Shown: positions 34,033 to 43,178 of the stretch, one piece after another | Numbering within the stretch: position 1 is the first letter of the stretch | Layout: each line of letters starts with the position of its first letter | Assembly (NCBI RefSeq): GCF_001194135.2 | Contig: NC_069003.1 | Coordinates: 18,143,760-18,186,937 of the forward strand | DNA from: Octopus bimaculoides | Lineage: Eukaryota | Length of the DNA: 43,178 bases | Direction of reading: 5' to 3' | The notes under the pieces: model-generated | Told to the model about the DNA's origin: nothing | Database searches by the model: none | The model's input: only the letters and a program-made list of their open reading frames with translations | Translations under genes and position numbers: made by a program

Positions 34033-35164
34033 NNNNNNNNNNNNNNNNNNNNNNNNNNNNNNNNNNNNNNNNNNNNNNNNNNNNNNNNNNNNNNNNNNNN
34101 NNNNNNNNNNNNNNNNNNNNNNNNNNNNNNNNNNNNNNNNNNNNNNNNNNNNNNNNNNNNNNNNNNNNNNNNNNNNNNNNNNNNNNNNNNNNNNNNNNNN
34201 NNNNNNNNNNNNNNNNNNNNNNNNNNNNNNNNNNNNNNNNNNNNNNNNNNNNNNNNNNNNNNNNNNNNNNNNNNNNNNNNNNNNNNNNNNNNNNNNNNNN
34301 NNNNNNNNNNNNNNNNNNNNNNNNNNNNNNNNNNNNNNNNNNNNNNNNNNNNNNNNNNNNNNNNNNNNNNNNNNNNNNNNNNNNNNNNNNNNNNNNNNNN
34401 NNNNNNNNNNNNNNNNNNNNNNNNNNNNNNNNNNNNNNNNNNNNNNNNNNNNNNNNNNNNNNNNNNNNNNNNNNNNNNNNNNNNNNNNNNNNNNNNNNNN
34501 NNNNNNNNNNNNNNNNNNNNNNNNNNNNNNNNNNNNNNNNNNNNNNNNNNNNNNNNNNNNNNNNNNNNNNNNNNNNNNNNNNNNNNNNNNNNNNNNNNNN
34601 NNNNNNNNNNNNNNNNNNNNNNNNNNNNNNNNNNNNNNNNNNNNNNNNNNNNNNNNNNNNNNNNNNNNNNNNNNNNNNNNNNNNNNNNNNNNNNNNNNNN
34701 NNNNNNNNNNNNNNNNNNNNNNNNNNNNNNNNNNNNNNNNNNNNNNNNNNNNNNNNNNNNNNNNNNNNNNNNNNNNNNNNNNNNNNNNNNNNNNNNNNNN
34801 NNNNNNNNNNNNNNNNNNNNNNNNNNNNNNATTGTTGCGTGAAAAGTAGGCAGAAATTCCACAAGAGACAATCACAAAGCTCATCAGTTCAATGCCAAAA
34901 AGGGTTTCTGAATTAAAAGCTGCAAAAGGAATCTCAACTAAATACTAAAGTATGTAGTTCTACCTATCGATTACATTTCAATTGTTCGCTTTGTGTATTA
35001 AATAAAAAGATTTTGAAAATTAAAGGTGTCTATTTACTTCCTGCATATCTTTTATGAATGCCTCTGATCACGAATAAATCATGCTTTATCCCCTGTCTTT
35101 CTCATATTCATTTAATACAGTAGTACCTCAGTTTATGAATGCTTCTGATCATGGATAAATTGTG

Positions 35165-36420
35165 GCCATTGCCAGTGCCGCCTGGCTGGCCTTCGTGGGA
35201 TTTTCAATTGAGATCGTTGCCAGTGCCCCTGGACTGGCTCTTGTGCGAGGCCGTCGTAAGATTTCCGAGCAAGATCGTTGCCAGTGCCCCTGGACTGACT
35301 CATGTGCGGGTGACACATGAAATGCACCATTTTGTGCGTGGCCGTAGCCAGTGCCGCCTGGCTGGCCTTTGTGGGATTTTCGATCGGGATCGTTGCCAGT
35401 GCCCCTGGACTGGCTCTTGTGCGGGGCCGCCGTAGGATTTTTGATCAAGATCATTGCCAGTGCCCCTGGACTGGCTCTTGTGTGCGTGACACATGAAATT
35501 TTTCGAGCGAGATCGTTGCCAGTGCCCCTGAACTGGCTCTTGTGTGGGGCCGTCATAGGATTTTCGAGCGAGATCGTTGCCAGTGCCCCTGGGCTGGCTC
35601 TTGTGCGGGTGACACATGAAATTTTTCGAGCGAGATCATCNNNNNNNNNNNNNNNNNNNNNNNNNNNNNNNNNNNNNNNNNNNNNNNNNNNNNNNNNNNN
35701 NNNNNNNNNNNNNNNNNNNNNNNNNNNNNNNNNNNNNNNNNNNNNNNNNNNNNNNNNNNNNNNNNNNNNNNNNNNNNNNNNNNNNNNNNNNNNNNNNNNN
35801 NNNNNNNNNNNNNNNNNNNNNNNNNNNNNNNNNNNNNNNNNNNNNNNNNNNNNNNNNNNNNNNNNNNNNNNNNNNNNNNNNNNNNNNNNNNNNNNNNNNN
35901 NNNNNNNNNNNNNNNNNNNNNNNNNNNNNNNNNNNNNNNNNNNNNNNNNNNNNNNNNNNNNNNNNNNNNNNNNNNNNNNNNNNNNNNNNNNNNNNNNNNN
36001 NNNNNNNNNNNNNNNNNNNCGTGACACATGAAATTTTTCGAGCGAGATCGTTGCCAGTGCCCCTGAACTGGCTCTTGTGTGGGGCCGTCATAGGATTTTC
36101 GAGCGAGATCGTTGCCAGTGCCCCTGGGCTGGCTCTTGTGCGGGTGACACATGAAATTTTTCGAGCGAGATCATCGCCATTTTGAGCGTGGCCGTTGCCA
36201 GTACCGCCTGATTGGCCTTCGTGCGGGTGACACGTAAAAGCACCCACTACACTCTCTGAGTGGCTGGCATTAGGGAGGGCATCCAGCTGTAGAAACTCTG
36301 CCAAATCAGATTGGAGCCTGGTGTAGCCATCTGGTTTCACCAGTCTTCAGTCAAATCGTCCAACCCATGCTAGCAGGGAAAGCGGACGTTAAACGATGAT
36401 GATGATGATGATGATGATAT
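35165..36420 (+). repeat. About 61-bp GC-rich minisatellite expanded from an RTE 3' UTR module, followed by the RTE tail
   Basis: Units GATCGTTGCCAGTGCCCCTGG.CTGGCTCTTGTG... in two alternating variants; runs into the standard RTE tail 36180-36420 and (GAT)n. Confidence 0.85.
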
Positions 36421-36872
36421 ATATATAAAGCATGATTTATTCGTGATTAGAGTTGTTTGAAAACCAAGGTAAAAATGTATATATATATTAAAGTAACAAA
36501 CTAAGGACAGGAATTCCTTCAAAAGAGTGTGTAAAACATCCAATTCACTGGTACATCAGTTGAATACCTCATAAATAGAGGCATAAAGCAAATTACAAAC
36601 AATAAATTAAATAGAGATTCAATTGACAATCTAATAATTTATTAATATTGTAATATAGCATAATATACTATGAATATAATATAACAGAAGATAACATATG
36701 AGTCTGGATTGAACAATCCAGCCATCCTTTCACATGAATTTTCATCTGTCTTTTAAATGAAAGCTCTGAAGAGACTTATATAAATGAATATGAATTGTTT
36801 ATAAATTAAATAATGTATATAAGTCAAAACAAATTGTTGGCTTTTTTGGTTTTTTAATAATTTTCTATGTTC

Positions 36873-38995
36873 ATCATCATCATCATCATTGTTTAATGTC
36901 CGTTTTCCATGCTGGCATGAGTTGGATGGTTCGATTGGGGTTTGGGAAGCCAGGAGGCTGCATCAGGCTCCAGTCTGATCTGGCAGTGTTTCTACAGCTG
37001 GATGCCCTTCCTAATGCCAACCACTCTGTGAGTGTAGTGGGTACTTTTTACATGCTACCGGCACAGGGGCCAGAGTAGGCTGGCAATGACCACAATCGGT
37101 TGGTGCTTTTTACATGCCACCAGCATGGAAGCCAGTCAAGGCGGTGTTGGCATTGGCACGTTCGGATGGTGCTTTTTATGTGCCACCAGCACGAGGATCA
37201 CAACTACAATTTCCATTTGATTTTGAATTTAATATACTTGACTCAATAGGTCACCTCAAGCACAGCATGTCACCCTACAATCCGAGGTACTTTTGAGTGG
37301 GCTGGTTATGCAACACTGGTCTAGGTTAAAACTGCCGGGTCTTCTCAGTCACAGCATACCTTCAGAGGTCTCGGCCTTTTGGTTCTGTGAGGCCCAACGT
37401 TCAAAGGTCATGCTTCACCACCTCATCCCATGTCTTCCTGTGTCTCCCTCTACTCTGGATTCCTTCCACTGTTTGGGGGTGGCACTTCTTCACACAGCTC
37501 TCCTCATCCATTCGTAGTACATGACCATAGCAACACAAACGTCTCTCTTGCATGCAATATCCAATACTTCTTATGTCCAACATTTCTCTCAGGGCGCTTA
37601 CACTCTGTTGTGTGTGCATACTGACATTACATATACAGTGGATCATGCTAGCTTCATTTCTTTCGAGCCTATGCATGTCTTTAGCAGTCACAGCCCATGT
37701 TTTACTGCTGTGAAGCCTGGCAGTTTGCACACATGCATCATACAATCTACCTTTCACTCTGAGTGAGAGGCCCTTTGTCACCAGTAGGGGTAGAAGCTTT
37801 CTGGACTTTTCCTAGGTTATTCTTATTCTAGTGGTAACACTCTCTGAGCATCCACCCCCACTACAGACTTGGTCACCTAGATAACGGAAGCTATCAACTA
37901 CTTTTAGTTTCTCCCCCTGGCATGTGATGGAATCTGTTTTCTGAGCATCTGTGGTGTTTATTGCCCCTTTGCATCTGCCGCACACGAAAGCTATCTTCCT
38001 GGTAAATCTTTCTTTGATATTGCTGCACCTCTTATGTGTCCATAGCTTACACTGGGTACATCTTATGGAGTTTCTACCTACACCTTTTCTACAGATCGAG
38101 CAGGGCCATCTACCTGAGGGGGTTTGTGATGTGTTTGCCTTCCTACTTACTAGAACTTTGGTCTTTGCAACATTGACTCTAAGGCCCTTCGATTCTAAAC
38201 CTTGCTTCCACACCTGAAATTTCTTCTATAGTTCTGGTAGTGATTCTGCTATGAGCGCCAGGTCATCAACATAGAGGAACTCCCAGGGGCAACCTGTCTT
38301 GAATTCCTCTGTTATTGCCTGGAGGACTATGATGAATAAAAGGGGACTGAGGGCTGATCCTTGGTGGACCTCTACTTCTACCCGGAATTCTTCACTATAC
38401 TCATTGCCAATCCTAACCTTACCAATGGCATCTCTGGATAGGGCCTGTACAGCCCTTACTAACCATTCATCAATCCCCGGTTTCCACATCGCCTGCCAGA
38501 TAAGGGATTGGGGAACCCTGTCAAAGGCTTTCTCCAAGTCCACAAAAGCCAAGTATAGGGGTTTATCTTTGGCTAGGTATTTCTCCTGCAGTTGCTGTAC
38601 CTAGAATATAGCATCAGTGGTGCTTCTACCTGGCACAAAACCGAACTGCATCTCACCTATGCAGACTCTCTCCCTAATTAGTTGGGCTATGACCCTCTAC
38701 GTGACCGTCATCACCTGATCCAGGAGTTTGTTACACCTGTAGTTATTTCTATCTAAAGCATCATCTTTACCCTTGACTATGGTGCTGCTATACCAGTCAT
38801 TGGGTATGACTCTATCATGAGCTACCTAGTTTACAATACGGGTGACTAGGACATAGCCCACACCAACAGATGTTTTAAGCATCTCAGCAGTGTTTCCTGA
38901 TGGGCCGGAGGCTTTTCCTGGCTTCATACCCTTAATTGCTTTATCTACTAGGGTGCTGTCTATTTGGATAGCTGGTCCCTCTACTGGGTCAACAT
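36873..38995 (-). mobile_element. RTE-clade LINE, 5'-truncated (RT + PHD-like finger + C-terminus + 3' UTR), pseudogenised
   Basis: GKASGPSG; MAFVDLEKAFDRVP; HQGSALSPLLFIIVL; LYVDDLAL; FRYLG; LHSSKTW; RRLCCYGHVLRM; GRHRKTWDEVVKHDL; (ATG)n tail at 36873-36890; frameshifts between segments. Confidence 0.93.
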
Positions 38996-39121
38996 TTGTT
39001 ATATTATATTCATAGTATATTATGTTATAATATAAATAAATTATTAGATTGTCAATTGAATCTCTCTATTTAATTTAATTTATTGTTTATATATATATAT
39101 ACATATATATATATTTATAGG

Positions 39122-39500
39122 CATAGGAGTGGCTGTGTGGTAAGTAGCTTGCTTACCAACCACATTGTTCCGGGTTCAGTCCCACTGTGTGGCACCTGGT
39201 CTTCTACTATAGCACAGTTGTCTTCTACTATAGCCTCGGGCTGACCAAAGCCTTGTGAGCGGATTTGGTTGATGGAAACTGAAAGAAGCCTATCGTATAT
39301 ATATATATATGTGTGTGTGTCCCCAACATTGCTTGACAACTGATGTTGGTGTGTTTATGTCCCCGTAACTTAACGATTCAACAAAAGAGACCGATAGAAT
39401 AAGTACTAGGCTAACAAAGAATAAGTCCTGGGGTCGATTTGTTCGACTAAAGGCGGTGCTCCAGCATGGCCTCAGTCAAATGACTGAAACAAGTAAAAGA
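39122..39500 (+). mobile_element. SINE family A, full length with small internal duplication
   Basis: Colinear with 33645-34032; GTCTTCTACTATAGC duplicated. Confidence 0.9.
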
Positions 39501-39539
39501 AAAGAATGTATATATGTATATGTATATAATATATGCAAT

Positions 39540-39870
39540 ACAGGGTGCGGTGAATATATTGTCATCTAAATTATACAAAAATGAAAATAACACTGACATT
39601 TCATTTTAAGAGATATATTTAACAATATTACATAAAAATATCTTGAAAAACTAAGGCTTCAACCATGGCCTCCAGGTGACTTTGGAATCTCCGACAACTC
39701 TTCTGGATGGTCTCCTTGTTTAAGTTGGTGAATGCTGCCATAATCCTTGCCTTCAGTTCATCTTTGGTGTTACAAGGAGTTTTGTTGGTCTCTCGCTCAA
39801 CTGCGCTATTATGCCTTCTGTTCTTGACCAAACTCCAACCAACAGCCATTCACTCATGAACTGATATTGC
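39540..39870 (-). mobile_element. Tc1/mariner transposon end with transposase C-terminus
   Basis: TA-CAGGGTG terminus; AVERETNKTPCNTKDELKARIMAAFTNLNKETIQKSCRRFQSHLEAMVEA is the typical post-catalytic helix region. Confidence 0.8.
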
Positions 39871-39879
39871 ATGCCTGTC

Positions 39880-39920
39880 TTCTGCCTGCCTCTCTATATA
39901 TCTGTTTGTCTTTCTGTCAG

Positions 39921-39969
<49 letters not shown>

Positions 39970-40420
39970 TTGTCTGTTTGTCTGCCTGCCTGTTTGTCTG
40001 TCTGCCTGTTTGTCTGCCTGCCTGTTTGTCTGCATGTCTGTCTGTCTGTCTGCCTGTTTCTCTGTTTGCCTTTCTGTTTGTCTGCATATCTGTCTGTCTG
40101 CACGTCTGTCTGCACGTCTGTCTGCACGTCTGTCTGCACATCTATCTGTCTGTCTATCTGCCTATCTGTCTGTCTGCCTATCTGTCTATCTGCACGTCTG
40201 TCTGTCTATCTGCACGTCTGTCTGTCTATCTGCATCTCTGTCTGTCTGTCTATCTGCATCTCTGTCTGTCTGTCTGTCTGCTATCTGTATGACTGCATAT
40301 CTGTCTATCTCTGCATATCTGTCTATCTCTGCATGTCTGTCTGTCTGCCATTTTGTCTGCCTGCATGTTTGTCGGTCTGCCTATCTGTCTATTTCTGTTT
40401 TCTGCCTGCCTGCCTGTCTG
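39880..40420. repeat. Long compound tetranucleotide repeat (CCTG/CTGT/CTAT) with 12-mer CTGCACGTCTGT subunits
   Basis: Direct reading. Confidence 0.92.
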
Positions 40421-40699
40421 TCCCCACCCCATCCCCTCTCTCTTTAATTACATAAATCCAAATGTTTCAAGTGTGTGTGGGTGTATCATGCCATAGTAGC
40501 AGAGATTTTTTTCCTTGTGGCAATCGCTGTTCCGTCTGACCTGTCAAGTATAATGATGACTCAACTTAGTTATTTTTCAAAGTGGTGGTCACTTCAAAAT
40601 AAAGTGGACACAACCAAGTTTTTTGAGCAGATGTTACGTTTATGATAGTTGTAGGGTGATGATAAGTGCAAAATAATAAACTGCAAATACACACACACA

Positions 40700-41095
40700 C
40701 ACACACACACATTCTTTCATTCATTTGACTGTGGCCATACTGGAACACCGCACCGCCTTAAAGGGTTTTAGTCAAACAAATCAACCCCAGGACTTATTCT
40801 TCGAAAGCCTACTTTGCTGAAACACTAAATTACGGGGATATAAACACACCAACATCGGTTGTCAAGCATGGGTGGTGGGGACAAACACAGACATAAAGAC
40901 ACACATAAATACACACACACACACAAACACACATTGGGCTTCTTTCAGTTTCCATCTGCCAAATCCACTCACAGAGCTTTGGTTGACCTGAGGCTATAAT
41001 AGAAGACACTTGCCCAAGGTACCACACAGTGGGACTGAACCTAGAACCATGTGGTTGGGAAGCAAGCTTCTTACCACACAGCCATGCCTGCACCT
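40700..41095 (-). mobile_element. SINE family A, near full length
   Basis: Colinear with 33645-34032. Confidence 0.88.
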
Positions 41096-42151
41096 ATAGG
41101 TATATATTTATAAATAGATTCACACACACACATATATATGTATATGTGTATGTATAAATAAATATATAAATAAATATATGTGTGTGTGTGTATATATATG
41201 TGTAGCTGTAAGACTCTATCCATAAAATTCCTCAACCTTACCTTTGCTCTCTTTATCCTTTTGTTTTTATATATTTACACATACATATNNNNNNNNNNNN
41301 NNNNNNNNNNNNNNNNNNNNNNNNNNNNNNNNNNNNNNNNNNNNNNNNNNNNNNNNNNNNNNNNNNNNNNNNNNNNNNNNNNNNNNNNNNNNNNNNNNNN
41401 NNNNNNNNNNNNNNNNNNNNNNNNNNNNNNNNNNNNNNNNNNNNNNNNNNNNNNNNNNNNNNNNNNNNNNNNNNNNNNNNNNNNNNNNNNNNNNNNNNNN
41501 NNNNNNNNNNNNNNNNNNNNNNNNNNNNNNNNNNNNNNNNNNNNNNNNNNNNNNNNNNNNNNNNNNNNNNNNNNNNNNNNNNNNNNNNNNNNNNNNNNNN
41601 NNNNNNNNNNNNNNNNNNNNNNNNNNNNNNNNNNNNNNNNNNNNNNNNNNNNNNNNNNNNNNNNNNNNNNNNNNNNNNNNNNNNNNNNNNNNNNNNNNNN
41701 NNNNNNNNNNNNNNNNNNNNNNNNNNNNNNNNNNNNNNNNNNNNNNNNNNNNNNNNNNNNNNNNNNNNNNNNNNNNNNNNNNNNNNNNNNNNNNNNNNNN
41801 NNNNNNNNNNNNNNNNNNNNNNNNNNNNNNNNNNNNNNNNNNNNNNNNNNNNNNNNNNNNNNNNNNNNNNNNNNNNNNNNNNNNNNNNNNNNNNNNNNNN
41901 NNNNNNNNNNNNNNNNNNNNNNNNNNNNNNNNNNNNNNNNNNNNNNNNNNNNNNNNNNNNNNNNNNNNNNNNNNNNNNNNNNNNNNNNNNNNNNNNNNNN
42001 NNNNNNNNNNNNNNNNNNNNNNNNNNNNNNNNNNNNNNNNNNNNNNNNNNNNNNNNNNNNNNNNNNNNNNNNNNNNNNNNNNNNNNNNNNNNNNNNNNNN
42101 NNNNNNNNNNNNNNNNNNNNNNNNNNNNNNNNNNNNNNNNNNNNNNNNNNN

Positions 42152-42221
<70 letters not shown>

Positions 42222-42224
<3 letters not shown>

Positions 42225-42902
42225 CATCATCATCATGATCATCATCATTGTTTAACGTCCGCTTTCCATGCTGGCATGGGTTGAACAGTTTGACTGAAGA
42301 CTAGCAAGCCAGAAGGCTGTGCCAGGCTCCAATCTGATCTGGCAAAGTTTCTACAGCTGGATGCTCTTCCTAATGCTAACCACTCCGAGAGTGTAGTGGG
42401 TGTTTTTTACATGCCACTGGCATGAGGGCCAGATAGGCAGTACTGGCATCAACCACGCTTGAATGGTGCTTTTTACGTGCCACTAGCACAGGAGTCTGTC
42501 AGGCGGCACTGGCAATGACCATGCTTGAATGGTGCTTTTTACGTGCCACTGGCACGGGACTCAATTTAGCAGTACTGGCATCGGCCACGACAATGATTTC
42601 ACTTGACTCAACAGCTCTTCTCAAGCACAGTTTATTGCCCAATGATTGAAGGGTACTTTTAAATGGGCCAGTTATGCTACACAGGCATAGGCCATGGTTA
42701 CGATCTCACTTGGCTTGCTGGGCCTCCTCAAGCACAGCATATCTCCAAAGGTCTCGGCTGCTTGTCATTGCCTCCATGAGGCCCAATGTTTGAAGGTTGT
42801 GCTTCACCACCTCCTTGTGTATGCACACTGACGTTACACATCCAGTGGAGCATACTAGCTTCATTTCTTGCAAGCTTGCACATGTCCTCAACAGTCATGG
42901 CC
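42222..42902 (-). mobile_element. RTE LINE 3' fragment (ORF end with internal deletion + 3' UTR)
   Basis: EVVKHNLQTLGLMEAMTSSRDLWRYAVLE; homologous to 36873-37700; (ATG)n tail. Confidence 0.85.
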
Positions 42903-43178
42903 TATATTTATATATATGTATGTATATGTGTGTGTGTATATATATATAAGCAATGTTAATTCTCTAAATGAAGTATTAACAGTAACTGCACGATAAAGTG
43001 TAGTATATTGCCACTTAAGTGTGGCTGACCCCTAGGGGTGGATGTTACTGTTGCTTTTAGCCCCAGGAGGACATCTCCTCCAGCTGGCTTATCGACACAC
43101 TACTGTGTCCTGTTTGCCAAGGGAAGTTATCCCTCCCATCATGATCTGTAGCAAGAACGGACGCCGACGAAGGGAAAT

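Noticed and set aside
35165-36240. CRISPR-like regular repeat array
   Set aside because: No unique spacers; units are contiguous variants of an RTE 3' UTR module, in a eukaryotic context with no cas genes.
39850-40455. Long ORFs (141-194 aa) rich in C, L, S, V
   Set aside because: Translations of tetranucleotide repeats; the same applies to ORFs crossing N gaps and (TA)/(CA)/(CAT) tracts elsewhere.
43010-43178. GC-rich end segment with CCCCTAGGGG palindrome as a ribozyme or LINE 5' end
   Set aside because: Truncated by the window edge; no HDV-type CUAA junction or coding motif visible, so it cannot be classified.

Overview
Eukaryotic, AT-rich, microsatellite-dense genomic DNA with eight N-gaps (785-1080, 5581-5637, 11432-12260, 24110-24119, 29780-29961, 34033-34830, 35641-36019, 41289-42151). 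The SINE/RTE families and repeat load resemble an Octopus draft assembly (inference, not a database result). I found no recognisable host protein-coding gene; most ORFs in the track are microsatellite or gap artefacts. The window is a layered set of decayed mobile elements: a Tx1/L1-clade LINE 3' end, a Penelope-like element (RT thumb + GIY-YIG), a Helitron fragment, a CR1-like RT fragment, R4/Dong-like LINE pieces, several RTE-clade LINEs (one about 2.1 kb with RT and an inserted PHD-type finger), a Tc1/mariner end, several MITEs and about 20 tRNA-derived SINE copies. The most notable signal is a set of type I hammerhead-ribozyme motifs. One at 21785-21827 looks fully intact, with a palindromic minimal helix III. 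One decayed copy lies 3' of the Penelope ORF on the same strand. Four others, in mutually dissimilar sequence contexts, are each bracketed by short inverted repeats, which suggests non-autonomous hammerhead-bearing Penelope-derived mini-elements. Two retroelement 5' junctions also carry inverted templated copies of nearby DNA.
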